In this document: positions 42,248 to 52,931 of the stretch, one piece after another
Numbering within the stretch: position 1 is the first letter of the stretch
How the letters are laid out: each line of letters begins with the position of its first letter
Assembly (NCBI GenBank): GCA_963769935.1
Contig: CAVYNY010000019.1
Coordinates: 64,001 to 128,000 of the forward strand
DNA length: 64,000 nt
DNA from: an uncultured delta proteobacterium
GTDB lineage: Bacteria; Desulfobacterota; Desulfobacteria; Desulfobacterales; JAFDCJ01
Direction: 5' to 3'
The notes under the pieces: generated by a model
Told to the model about the DNA's origin: nothing
What the model saw: the letters and a program-made list of their open reading frames with translations, nothing else
Databases searched by the model: none
Program-made: the position numbers and the translations under genes

Positions 42248-43989
42248 TGGTAAAAAAGCCGACGCCTTCAGTTGGCCGAGTTATACTTACCATAGCATTC
42301 ATTGGCCTGGTGACCTTGAATTTTTTTTCGGCCGCGGCCGCCACCCCCAAACGCATCGCCCTGCTGCCGTTTAAAATCAACTCCGATAAGGATCTGTCGT
42401 TTTTAAAAGACGGCATCTTTGATATGCTTACCACCCGTCTTTCCAAAGAAGACCAGGTGGAAGTGCTCGGCCGGACCCAGGTCGAAGAGGCCATCCAATC
42501 AGCGGCCCCATCCGGCGTAATAAATGAGAGTGCCGCCCGCACCATCGGCACCCGCCTGAATGCTGATTTTGTTCTTTTCGGCAGTCTGACGGTTTTAGGA
42601 AACAATGTCAGCATCGATGCCAAGATGGTGGATGTTTCCGGCAGCAAACCGACCATGACCTTTTTCGATCAGAGTCCGGATCTGGGTGCCATCATTACCA
42701 AAATCAACCTGATTGCAGCCGACATCAATGAAAAGGTGTTCGGCCGAACCCAGTCTGCGGCCGCAACCGCAACAGCCGCAGCCGGTGCACCGGCAGCGGC
42801 ATCCGCAGCGGCCGGCCAGCCGCAGCCACCCCCTAAATCCGACATCCATGCCCATCCGGAAAAAGTGCTTCAAGAAGACGGCTTCATCGCCCATGAAAAG
42901 GCCGAAGGTATTGCAAATCCGGCTACCCTGGCAGGGGTCGCCGAGGAAACCCATTCGCAGTTCTGGAAAAGCGCCAATTTCAATCATCTTATCAATGGAG
43001 TGGCCCTGGGGGATGTGGACGGGGACGGTAAAATTGAAACGGTGACGATTGCCCCCCATGCGGTGATTATCTTTCGTTCCGAGGGCGGCGCGTTTCGCAA
43101 AATTGCCGAAATCGAAGAAGACACCAACAATAATTTGATTGGCGTCGATTGCGCCGATATTAATGAAAACGGCTTTGCTGAGATCTTTGTCACCAGCCTC
43201 AATGCTGACCACAGTGTTGTAAATTCATATGTTCTTGAATTTGACGGTAAAAATTTTGCCAAAACAATCAGCGGCAGCCGCTATTACTATCGGGTGGTGA
43301 ATACGCTTAACCGCGGTAAAATACTGCTGGGCCAGCGGCCCCGAACCGGCAAACCGTCTGCCGGTGAAATTAGTGAGATGAAATGGCAGAATCATGAATA
43401 TGTTCCCGCCGACCCGATCAAGACCCCTCGCGATACCAATCTAATGGGCTTCACTATCGGCGACGTCATGAACAACGGCCAGGAAACGGTGGTCGCCTAC
43501 AAGGACGACGACAATATCCAGGTTATTGATTTATCGGGAGATGTCCAGTGGGACAACCGGGAGCATTTCGGCGGCAGCATGTTGTATGCCAGCATTCCCT
43601 TGGATTATCGGGGACAGGTTCAAAACAAATGGTATTATCCCCTGCGGCTGGTGGTATGGTACAACCCGGCTAAAAAGGAGAGTGAAGTCATCGCCGTTCA
43701 AAATTTCGATTCAGCCTTCAACAAATTCCAGGAGTTCCGGTATTTCACCAAGACGCATATCGCCGGCTTCACCTGGGATGGCGTCGGGCTGGGGCCGAGC
43801 TGGAAAACCCGCGAACTTACCGGCTACATCCAGGACTTGGCCGTCGGTGATTTCGACAACGACGGCCAGGACGAACTCGTAGCCGTCCTGGTCATTAAAG
43901 AAGGTCGGATTACCTTGGTTTCCGATTCCAAGAGCACCATCATCGGTTACGAGTTGACCAGTCCGCAAAAGCCGGGCGCCCAGCAATGA
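42248..43989 (+). CDS. Secreted FG-GAP/VCBS-repeat protein with N-terminal CsgG/TolB_N-like domain
   Basis: Signal-like segment, IALLPF..ADFVLFGSL..SIDAKMVD, Ala/Pro linker, GDVDGDGKIE, ADINENG, GDFDNDGQDE. Start approximate. Confidence 0.8.
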
Positions 43990-44286
43990 CGAATTATACA
44001 CAGCGTCATCATTAATGCTGTAACCGCATTCTTAGGGTAGCACCTATGAAGCGAGAATCTCAGCCTTTCGATACCACTCGATAACTCTGCACCAAACGCG
44101 GGTCTTCAGTATTCCCTGGTCCAGACCGATTTTATAGAAAGCCTACTCGGCTAAAATATTTAATTTTTGCACGAGAGGCAGCAAATCAGAGGAGAGTCGC
44201 GCCAGGGCGGGCCAATACCCCATGCCATTTATTTACGGCAAAGCGTATTATCAGTGACCTGGCCCACAGGACCAGGTTTTCAATGT

Positions 44287-44443
44287 CGATGGTCTCTTAA
44301 AAAAAGTCATTCTAACGACTGGATACCCGCCCTCGCGGGTATGACGGGTTTTGTAACTAATCAATATTAATACTATAATTGTCAATCCCGCGCAGGCGGG
44401 AATCCAGAAAAATCAGGAAACTCTACTTTTTACGATTCCATCA
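44287..44443. repeat. Nested inverted-repeat element
   Basis: Inner ctggatacccgccctcgcgggtatgac / gtcaatcccgcgcaggcgggaatccag; outer gatggtctcttaaaaaaagt / actttttacgattccatc. Confidence 0.75.
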
Positions 44444-44481
44444 ATGTCAGAATAAAAAAATTTGTAACAAATTTTTGACAT

Positions 44482-44515
44482 AAAAAAACCGGGGCCCAAA
44501 GGCCCCGGTTATTTT
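44482..44515 (-). terminator. Intrinsic terminator after the porin gene
   Basis: aaccggggcc-caaa-ggccccggtt hairpin with an A7 tract on + (U tract on -). Confidence 0.85.
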
Positions 44516-44548
44516 ATTACGACTAAGCGGTTACACTACAAAAACAGC

Positions 44549-45671
44549 TTAGAAGTTGATCTGCCATTTACCACCCGCGTAGAACAACGTGGAGGCATCG
44601 TCGCCGGCGAAGTCTTGGTCGCCGTCAAAGTAACCAATTTCGGGGATGATATAGACGCCCGGAGCCAGCGCGATCACAGCCTGTCCGTAAACGGCCCAGG
44701 GTTTGCTCTTTTTGGCGTTATTGACATCGGGATCATCCACGCGGTAACCAAAACCGGCTTCGAAGGTCAGCATGTCGCTGACTTTCAGACCGGCCACCAA
44801 ACTGGCCATATAGGACGTGGTGTCTTTGGTACTGTCGTCGCCATCCCATACGGCAGGACTGCCCTGGTTATGATTGCCTCCCAGATTCCATTTGGCATTA
44901 TCCCAGTTCTGGCCGTAGCTGACGGTGCCTTTGACATAGCCCGGGCCGAAGTTGAAGCCCGCATCACCGCCGACGATATAGGAGGTCACGCCGATGTCAT
45001 TTGTGGTTCCCGGGTTCGTAACGGATGCCACATCTTTGATCGAGTAGTACTGGTAGCCACCCATCAGGTTGAAGTTGAAGGCATCAAAGCTCATGCCCCA
45101 TTTGGCCTCGAATTTGGGCAGGACGCGATCTGAGTATCACCGGCGGTAGTGGTGCCGGCAGCAGTGGTAAGTTGCTGGACATTCATCTCAACGAGCGCAA
45201 TTTCGAAATTGCCGAAGCTGAAGGCAATCTGGGCTTCGCGGTTGCCGTAGGCGGTGCCGATACCGAGCAGACCGAGGTCGCCGTCAAACACCTGGCCGGA
45301 AGTGAACTGGGAGACCGGGGTGTAGTCTTTACCGACTTTCATCGTAGCCGGGACCGAAGTCCCACACGCCGTAGAGACGACGGGCGCCGACGTTGCCGCC
45401 GCCGGCAGAGTCGCTGCTGACACCCCACTCAAACTGGGCTTTGAGGTTTTCAGCCTTGATGTTGGCGCCGATACGGCTGTTGCTCTGGAGATCCCACTCC
45501 AACTGTTGGTCGTCAGTAGTTTCCGAGCAAGTGTTTGCCAGCCCCTAAATCTGTGGACTCATAGTAGGTTGCCATACGGGCGTTGCCGTAAAAGTTCCAG
45601 TCTACCGCCATGGCCGGGGCGCTGAAGCATACCAGCGCGACTAATGCTAAAAGTATTGTCAATTTCTTCAT
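44549..45671 (-). CDS. Outer-membrane porin-like beta-barrel (about three frameshifts)
   Basis: MKKLTILLALVALVCFSAPAMA signal then VDWNFYGNARMAT; alternating aromatic beta strands; ends GGKWQINF; AGGAGG RBS. Confidence 0.8.
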
Positions 45672-46037
45672 CTAATTTTTCCTCCTTAACGGAAATTTGA
45701 TTTTAAGACTAGCCTAATAACAGTTGATTTAAATTAGCCAAATTTAAATTTTGCCTTGTGCCGCTTGGGTTTTCACCTCCTTTCCAGGCCGAAGTGTGCC
45801 CCCCTCAGCAGTTTGGGACCGCAGCCCCGCCTAATAGCCTAATATTTTTCATCTTTTTTTTGCTGATTCGGGCAATTTGTTGAATCATAAAATGGAAATA
45901 GGTGCAATGTCAAGATTTTTTTTAATTTTTATAGTTTGTTAATATCCCTTTTCACAATTATTTTCCAAGCCTTAACTGACACGCCTGCTTGATGACATAT
46001 TCGATTTTAACCGGTCCTGTTTATAATTTATAATTCT

Positions 46038-46448
46038 TCATCCCTGTTCAAGCCAATTTTCAACTTGTAGATTCGTTATCCTATGAAAATGACGAATGTT
46101 GGCGGTAACCACCGTATGTTGGTTTGCTAATGCTGTGGCCGCAATCAGTACATCTTCCACTCCAATAAACTGACCGGCTTTTCGTAAATCAGCGAGGATA
46201 CCGCCGGCAGCCAACGCCTCTTTCTCGCCGATTGGAAGAATGTTGATTCTGGAGATTATTTCTTTGTTTATTTTTTGCCAAAATATCTCAAAATCTTTTC
46301 GTAAAGCGCTCCCGAAACGCAACTCCATGATGCAGATACAGGATGTAAACAAAGTGTGTGCCGGCTCTGTACCCAATCGAGACAATAGCTGGGAATTGGG
46401 GTGTCGTTTTATCAATTCACTCAATATATTCGTGTCAAGCAGGTACAT
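46038..46448 (-). CDS. vapC: VapC/PIN toxin
   Basis: YLLDTNILSEL, EL, DVLIAATA, VTAN..HF, VENW. Confidence 0.92.
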   Translation of the reverse strand: MYLLDTNILSELIKRHPNSQLLSRLGTEPAHTLFTSCICIMELRFGSALRKDFEIFWQKINKEIISRINILPIGEKEALAAGGILADLRKAGQFIGVEDVLIAATALANQHTVVTANIRHFHRITNLQVENWLEQG

Positions 46449-46451
46449 TAC

Positions 46452-46721
46452 TTATTTGGCAGAGTTTCCTAATAAAACCCTTGGCACATGCTTCGTTCGA
46501 TCCTGTATTAATTGGTCTATCTCATCAAAAAAAGGGTCATCATTTTCCAGCCATCCTTTTGCTTTACTCAGGTGCATGTTGATTTCGTCGGCCGGAATAA
46601 GGCGAGCCATCGGTTTGCCTCTTTTTGTGATCAGAATATGTTTTTTATTAAAGGCCACCTGGCCTAATAGTTCTGAGAAATGCTTTTTGGCTTCGGCGAC
46701 ATTCACCGTCTTTTCGGTCAT
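46452..46721 (-). CDS. Phd/YefM antitoxin
   Basis: VNVAEAKKHFSELL, ITKRGKPMARLIP; directly upstream of vapC. Confidence 0.9.
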   Translation of the reverse strand: MTEKTVNVAEAKKHFSELLGQVAFNKKHILITKRGKPMARLIPADEINMHLSKAKGWLENDDPFFDEIDQLIQDRTKHVPRVLLGNSAK

Positions 46722-46853
46722 GATCCTTCTCCTAATTTTGAATGTTATAGTCATGTTGACCTAAAAGATAAAAAATGTCAAGGTAGACAATGATTATATT
46801 AACTTTTAGCGATAACAAATTATCAATAAATAATTTGCCCCTCTTTTGGAGTT

Positions 46854-48701
46854 TCAAACAATTCTTTTAAACGACTTCTCGAGTGTTCGCAGCTCCCAGC
46901 GCAGCCAGGTGGGGCGTCCGTGGGGACAGTGGAAGGGGTTTTGGCATTCGTCGAGTTGAACCAGCAGGCCCCTGATCTGCTTCTCCGTCAATGCCTGGTT
47001 GGCGCGAATGGCGCCGTGACAGGCCATGACCATGCGGCATTGATCCAGCACTTCCGCCAGGCCGGGGCCGGCACCCATCTCCACGATTTTTTCGACGATT
47101 TCTAGAATTAAGGGCTTGACCTCGCGCCCTGCCAGCAGTCCGGGCACGGCTTTAACCACAAATGTGTTGCCGCCGAAGGGTTCGATCTCCAGTCCGAGTT
47201 CGGCCAAGTCGGGTATAAGTTTTTCAAGAACGCCGGCTTCACGAAAACCCGGTTCGATGGTTTCCGGAACCAGCAGTCTTTGAACAGCCGGTTTGGTGCC
47301 GGCGGAACGGGTGCTGAACGATTCAAAGAGAACCCGTTCATGGGCTGCATGCTGGTCGATTAAAATCAATCCCGCCTCGGCCTCACAGACAATGTAGGTA
47401 TTGTGCAATTGACCGATAATCCGCATGTCGCCGAAGGTCTTTTTTTGCCAGATAGGGGCCTGGCTGGTGCGGGTCGCGGGATGCGAGTCGCGAGTCGCGA
47501 GTTGCGGGTTGCGGGGGACGGGTTGATTCCCAGGCTCCGGATACTCAATACTTGATGTTTGAGGCTGATAATCTGATATCAATTTCCATTCTAAATTCTC
47601 TTCTTCCACTTTTCTTTTTCCGCATTCCGCATTCCGAATTCCCTCCGGGGCGTAAACCCCTACGGGCTGGAGGCCGAATTCCTTTAATTTTGAGACGCCC
47701 CATGGCGGTCGATCAACTTCATAAAGGGTCTGCGCGACCGTTCGTCTCACAGTATCATGAACTTCTTTTTGCCGCGCAAAGCGGATTTCGTTTTTGGTGG
47801 GGTGTACGTTGACATCCACTTCCTCAAAGGGAACGTTGATAAAAAGCACGGCAAGTGGAAATTGTCCTTTTACCAATCGCTGGGAATAGCCTTCAAACAG
47901 TGCATGCTGGACGATCCTGTCGCGAACGAACCGGCCATTGACGTAGATATATATACCCCGGGAGGTGCGGCGGGTTGCCCGCGGTAAAGAGATCCAGCCG
48001 GCAAGTACGATATGGTCGGTTTGTGCGTCAACTGCATACAGGTCATTTTTCAGGTCGCCGCCGAGCACATCGACCACCCGATCAAAGGCTGAGGATGTCA
48101 CCGGCCAGTCTTTTACGATTTTATCATTGTGAGTCAGCCGGAGCTGAACCCCGGGCTGACCCAGGGCGATACTGGCCACCCGCTCGGCAATGTGGCCCAT
48201 CTCCGTACCGACGGTCTTTAAAAATTTGCGCCGGGCCGGAATGTTGAAAAAAAGTTGTTTGACGGTCACCATGGTGCCCTTGGGCGCGCCGACCTCGGCG
48301 ACATTTTTTATTTTGCCGCCGGCCACCTGTATCTCGGTACCGGCATCGGCGGATTCCTCCCGCGTGACCAGGCTGAACTGCGAAACCGATGCAATACTGG
48401 GCAATGCTTCTCCCCTGAAGCCGAGGGTATTGATGGAAAAAAGATCCTGGTCTTTATAAATTTTGCTGGTGGCATAGCGCTCCAGCGCCAGCAAAGCATC
48501 GTCATGGCTCATCCCGCTGCCGTCGTCGGATACCCGGATCAAGGAGCGCCCGCCCTGGACCACGTCAACCATAATCCGCCGGCTGCCGGCATCCAGGGAG
48601 TTTTCCACCAGTTCCTTGACCACCGAAGCCGGCCGCTCGACCACCTCTCCGGCCGCGATTTTGTTGGAGAGGATTTCAGGTAAAATTTTTATTTGGGACA
48701 T
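46854..48701 (-). CDS. mutL: DNA mismatch repair protein MutL
   Basis: IAAGEVVERPASVVKELVEN, GFRGEAL, DQHAAHER, ACH, CPHGRP (endonuclease-type). Confidence 0.98.
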   Translation of the reverse strand: MSQIKILPEILSNKIAAGEVVERPASVVKELVENSLDAGSRRIMVDVVQGGRSLIRVSDDGSGMSHDDALLALERYATSKIYKDQDLFSINTLGFRGEALPSIASVSQFSLVTREESADAGTEIQVAGGKIKNVAEVGAPKGTMVTVKQLFFNIPARRKFLKTVGTEMGHIAERVASIALGQPGVQLRLTHNDKIVKDWPVTSSAFDRVVDVLGGDLKNDLYAVDAQTDHIVLAGWISLPRATRRTSRGIYIYVNGRFVRDRIVQHALFEGYSQRLVKGQFPLAVLFINVPFEEVDVNVHPTKNEIRFARQKEVHDTVRRTVAQTLYEVDRPPWGVSKLKEFGLQPVGVYAPEGIRNAECGKRKVEEENLEWKLISDYQPQTSSIEYPEPGNQPVPRNPQLATRDSHPATRTSQAPIWQKKTFGDMRIIGQLHNTYIVCEAEAGLILIDQHAAHERVLFESFSTRSAGTKPAVQRLLVPETIEPGFREAGVLEKLIPDLAELGLEIEPFGGNTFVVKAVPGLLAGREVKPLILEIVEKIVEMGAGPGLAEVLDQCRMVMACHGAIRANQALTEKQIRGLLVQLDECQNPFHCPHGRPTWLRWELRTLEKSFKRIV

Positions 48702-48877
48702 GTGACGGTCTTTCGGGTTTTTAACGATAATACGTTTACAAATTACAGCTAAGGGAAATTTGTACGAATAAAAATTTTAGTATCAAAAAAATTTTGGGCA
48801 AGTTACTCAGATTTTCTACAGCAACAGCAGTTTTCCAGCCACGATCCGACATTATAATCGTACCCTTCAAAACATGG

Positions 48878-49011
48878 TGTGGGAGCGGTTTTCAACCGCG
48901 ATTAAAACCGACTATAATTCACCTTAGTTATGCCGCTAAACTCACTAATCGTATCGGCTTGGTTACCGCGTCAATGCAATTTGGTGTGTGGGAGCGGTTT
49001 CCAACCGCGAT
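48878..49011. repeat. Two direct REP-like palindromes
   Basis: tgtgggagcggttttcaaccgcgat (48878-48902) and tgtgggagcggtttccaaccgcgat (48987-49011). Confidence 0.8.
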
Positions 49012-49081
49012 GGACTTTGCGGCATTGAATCATCTCCAACGATGGCAGCGCTTCCAGTGCGGAGCTGAGTGCCGGCCCCAA

Positions 49082-49270
49082 TTATTCGGAGCCTTTATCC
49101 TTTCGCAAGAGCTTCGCCAGATATTCAGCATCCATGGGGGACAGATTAAATTTTAAGCAAGCCTCTTCAATCAGGTTCGCTGCTTTTTTTTCGGATCCAA
49201 ATTTCCGCTCTTCCGAGATCCACTTGACGGCTTTTCTCAAATCTTCACCTTCCGGTTGTATCGTACTCAT
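49082..49270 (-). CDS. Small hypothetical protein
   Basis: 62 aa, MSTIQPEGEDLRKAVKWISE..., AGGAG RBS, co-oriented between gatA and mutL. Confidence 0.75.
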   Translation of the reverse strand: MSTIQPEGEDLRKAVKWISEERKFGSEKKAANLIEEACLKFNLSPMDAEYLAKLLRKDKGSE

Positions 49271-49322
49271 AGCATGCTCCTTTATCCTTTAACCTTTTTC
49301 CTTTATCCTCTATCCCTTGCTA

Positions 49323-50783
49323 TCATATCCTCGGTTTCTTCTTATGAAACTCCGTCGCCTGTTCAAAGCGATACGCCACCTTTAAAAGCATCTCTTCATT
49401 GAAATGCTTTCCCATGATCTGCAGGCCGATGGGAAGGCCATTCGCGGAAAATCCACAGGGCACGGACATGCCGGGAATGCCGGCCAGATTGGCCGAAAGG
49501 GTGAAAATGTCCGACAGGTACATGGTCAGGGGGTCGTCGATCTTTTCCCCTATTTTAAAAGCTGCCGTGGGAGCCACCGGGCACACAATGACATCGCAGG
49601 CCTCAAAAGCCTTGTTGAAGTCTTCCACAATCAGGGTGCGGACCTGGGAAGCCTTGCCGTAATAGGCATCATAGTAGCCGGCCGAAAGACAATACGTGCC
49701 GATGATGATGCGCCGCTGCACTTCCGGGCCGAATCCTTTAGACCGGGTATCGCGGTACATATTCATCAGATCCGTGTGGTCATTATTTCGAAAACCGTAC
49801 TTGACGCCATCGTATCGGGCCAGGTTGGAACTGGCTTCCGAAGGCGCGATTACATAATAGGCGGCCACGGCATACTCGGTGTGCGGCAGCGACACATCAA
49901 CCCGTGAGGCCCCCAGATTTTCTAGCGCTTCAACGGCCTTGCCGACGGCCGACAGCACGGATGGATCCAGCCCCTCCACGGCAGCAAATTCCTCAGGAAT
50001 GCCGACTCTGATTCCTTTCAGATCGCCCTCGAGGCCGGCGCTATAGTCCGGCACGTCCTTAGGAACCGATGTGGAGTCGGATTTGTCGTATCCGGCGATA
50101 ATATTCAACAAGTGCGCACAATCGGTCACATTTTTTGCCAGGGGCCCGATCTGATCCAGCGATGACGCAAAAGCCACCAGACCGAAACGGGATACCCGAC
50201 CATAGGTAGGTTTCAGCCCCACCACCCCGCAATGCGAAGCCGGCTGCCGGATGGATCCGCCGGTATCCGACCCCAGCGCCCCCAGGCACATGTCCGCGGC
50301 AACTGCCGCTGCTGATCCGCCGCTGGAACCACCGGGAATCCGGCTTGGATCCCAGGGGTTGCGCGTTATTTTAAACCCTGAGTTTTCGGTTGATGATCCC
50401 ATGGCAAACTCATCCATGTTGAGTTTGCCCACGATGACCGCCCCGGCGTCTTTCAATTTGCGAATAACGGTGGCATCATAGGGCGGCACAAAATTTTCTA
50501 GAATTTTGGACCCGCAGGTAGTCGTCATGCCCCGGGTGCACATCAGATCTTTAATCCCCAGCGGAATCCCTGCCAGCGGTGAACAATTCCCGGCGGCCAG
50601 CGCCCGGTCCGCCTGATCGGCCTGCTGCAGGGCAAGCTCTTCTGAAACCGTCAGGAAGGCGTCTATTTTGTCGTCGACCGCACCGATTCTATCCAAAACC
50701 GCCCGGGTCAGCTCCCGCGCCGATATCTCCCTGTTTTGTAAGAGCCGATGAGCTTCGTGGATTGTCAATTCGTAAAGTTTCAC
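49323..50783 (-). CDS. gatA: Asp/Glu-tRNA amidotransferase subunit A
   Basis: [44 protein letters not shown]. Confidence 0.98.
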   Translation of the reverse strand: MKLYELTIHEAHRLLQNREISARELTRAVLDRIGAVDDKIDAFLTVSEELALQQADQADRALAAGNCSPLAGIPLGIKDLMCTRGMTTTCGSKILENFVPPYDATVIRKLKDAGAVIVGKLNMDEFAMGSSTENSGFKITRNPWDPSRIPGGSSGGSAAAVAADMCLGALGSDTGGSIRQPASHCGVVGLKPTYGRVSRFGLVAFASSLDQIGPLAKNVTDCAHLLNIIAGYDKSDSTSVPKDVPDYSAGLEGDLKGIRVGIPEEFAAVEGLDPSVLSAVGKAVEALENLGASRVDVSLPHTEYAVAAYYVIAPSEASSNLARYDGVKYGFRNNDHTDLMNMYRDTRSKGFGPEVQRRIIIGTYCLSAGYYDAYYGKASQVRTLIVEDFNKAFEACDVIVCPVAPTAAFKIGEKIDDPLTMYLSDIFTLSANLAGIPGMSVPCGFSANGLPIGLQIMGKHFNEEMLLKVAYRFEQATEFHKKKPRI

Positions 50784-51104
50784 AAATCTTTCTCCTAACC
50801 AAACTGAGACTATTTAAAAATACCAAACCGTTATAAAATCCCAAATCCCAAGCACCAAATTACAAATAAATCTCTTATTCCAATTTTCAATGACCAAAAC
50901 ATGGATAAGAAACCTTATTGTGTTCTTTTGTCAAAATTATATCCAGGTTTGGAATTTTGAATTTCGGTCATTGGAGTTTATTTGTTATTTGCAATTTCAC
51001 TCCCAACTATCTTCTGCCGAATTCTCCCTGCGCCTTAACTTTTCCCCCGACTCACGCATTTCGCTTCCGAATCAGCTCTGCTCTATGCGCCATGCCCTAT
51101 GCCT

Positions 51105-51392
51105 TTACCCCACCACTTTCGGCACGATAAAATTGCCGTCTTCCTTTTGCGGCGCATTGGCCAGTGCCTTTTCACGGTCCAGGTGCTGACTTGGCTCGTC
51201 TTCGCGGAAGGCATTGGTTAAAGAAATAGCGTGCGATGTGGGCTTGACCCCGGCGGTATTCACCTCATTGAGTTTGTCGACATATTCCAATATTTCCCCG
51301 ATCTGTCCGGCAAACTTCTCGATGGCGGCCGCATCCAGTTTCAGCCGCGCCAGATCGGCCACATATAACACTTGGTCTTTGGTTATTTTCAT
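51105..51392 (-). CDS. gatC: Asp/Glu-tRNA amidotransferase subunit C
   Basis: ITKDQVLYVADLARL, FRED, NAP, VPKV. Confidence 0.97.
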   Translation of the reverse strand: MKITKDQVLYVADLARLKLDAAAIEKFAGQIGEILEYVDKLNEVNTAGVKPTSHAISLTNAFREDEPSQHLDREKALANAPQKEDGNFIVPKVVG

Positions 51393-51473
51393 AAATAATT
51401 TCCATTTGGTTGCTGTGGATTAACTTTTTAGTGATTATGCGTATCCAAATTTAGAGGCTCTAAACATATGGTA

Positions 51474-51710
51474 TTGGGTATAGGGTATAAGAGGAAAGGA
51501 CTGCCCGATATTTTTTTTCTTAAAATTAGATCCATTACCTTTACCCTAAACCTTATACCTTAATACCTTATCTCCTATACCTTAAACCTTATACCTTTCG
51601 CCGTGTGCCTTGCGCCGTGAGCCCTGCGCCTTATGTATTTCACCTTTAACCTTTTGCCTTTGACCTATACCTTCTACCTGGCTGCGCCGTGAGCCCTGCG
51701 CCGTGTGTCT
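51474..51710. repeat. Mixed heptamer arrays (AGGGTAT / ATACCTT inverted pair, plus GCGCCGTGAGCCCT units)
   Basis: gggtatagggtataagagg ... tacctttaccctaaaccttataccttaataccttatctcctataccttaaaccttatacc; gcgccgtgagccctgcgcc occurs twice. Confidence 0.8.
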
Positions 51711-51722
51711 TTCACCGTTGGC

Positions 51723-52475
51723 CTACTTATTAACCAGCATCGGCTGCCGGCCCGCCTTTTTCAGCCTGGACAACGTATCGTCGGCTTCGGCCTTGCTGCT
51801 GTACTCCCCGACTCTGACCCGGTACCAGATACCTTGGCCCGGCACCTTGCCGATTGCCCGGTAGGCGGAAAATCCTTCTTTTTTGAGTTCGGCCACCAGT
51901 TTATCTGCATCCCCGGCCGCTTTAAAGGCCGCGACCTGAATTGCGTAAGGCTTATCGGCCGGTTTCGCATCGCCTTTCGAATCAACCTTTGACGGTTCCG
52001 CCGGTTTGGCCGGTTCGCTGTCTGGCGATTCGATTTCAGTTTTATCCTTATTTGGCGAGACGGTTTTCTTTTTCAGGCTTTCCTTTTTTGGTTTGGACGG
52101 CTTATCTTCAAGCGGCGAATCCACTTTTTTATTAATGACCGGTGCCGGCTTCATTTCAGAAATTTTAGCGTCGCCGCGATCATCCTTCAAAGCCTCGTAA
52201 AAATCCAGTTTGGTTTTATCTTTGATGGACTCAGGTTCCTCCTGGGAACGTCCCTGCTCCTTTTGCTTATTATCTTCCCTGGCAAGTTCCAATTTCCTCT
52301 GAAGCTCGCTGATATCAAATTTGATTGGAGCCGTGCCCCTGCCGACCAGGACGCCGATGGCAAACATCCAGGCGCAAACAAAAAAAAAGACCACTAACCA
52401 GCCGGCAATGGCCCTGCGGCTTAACACCAAAAACGGCTTTTTGGCCAAAGATACTTTTTTGTTTTTTTTTATCAT
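51723..52475 (-). CDS. SPOR-domain cell division protein (FtsN/DedD-like)
   Basis: N-terminal TM, LDFYEAL, Lys/Pro linker, YAIQVAAF..WYRVRVG. Confidence 0.88.
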   Translation of the reverse strand: MIKKNKKVSLAKKPFLVLSRRAIAGWLVVFFFVCAWMFAIGVLVGRGTAPIKFDISELQRKLELAREDNKQKEQGRSQEEPESIKDKTKLDFYEALKDDRGDAKISEMKPAPVINKKVDSPLEDKPSKPKKESLKKKTVSPNKDKTEIESPDSEPAKPAEPSKVDSKGDAKPADKPYAIQVAAFKAAGDADKLVAELKKEGFSAYRAIGKVPGQGIWYRVRVGEYSSKAEADDTLSRLKKAGRQPMLVNK

Positions 52476-52931
52476 ACCCCGGATATCGTTCGTTAATTAA
52501 TCCGCCCTGAAAAATAGCCGATTCAAATTTGGATATTCTTATAAAAGGACGAGATCCATACATTACTAAGACCTAAACGCTTCCGCACGATCCTCAAAAC
52601 CCTTGAACTCTGAATCATGAACCCGTATTTTTTTTAACCTTATTGCACAAAAACCTTTCATTGCCAAGTCCGGAAACTTAACCCGGCGATGCGACCTTCT
52701 AATTTCCGTCTGATTTTTTTGTTTAATAAAAAATAGTTGTGTGATATTTTCTGTGGACTTAAAAAAACAGCTACCGGAGAAAATCAAAGGTATCAACCAG
52801 CCGGCTGCAGCCAGCTGAGAATGCAAATGTCCCAGACAAGGGATTGGCTCTAAATGTGAAATTTAAACCTTCAAATAATTCTTGTCGAGAAGCAATTCGT
52901 ATCCATCGCGACCAACTTTTTTTATAGATAA

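Noticed and set aside
45773..45784. 16S rRNA 3' end (TCACCTCCTTT)
   Set aside because: No other rRNA sequence nearby; it is an SD-like motif on the opposite strand.
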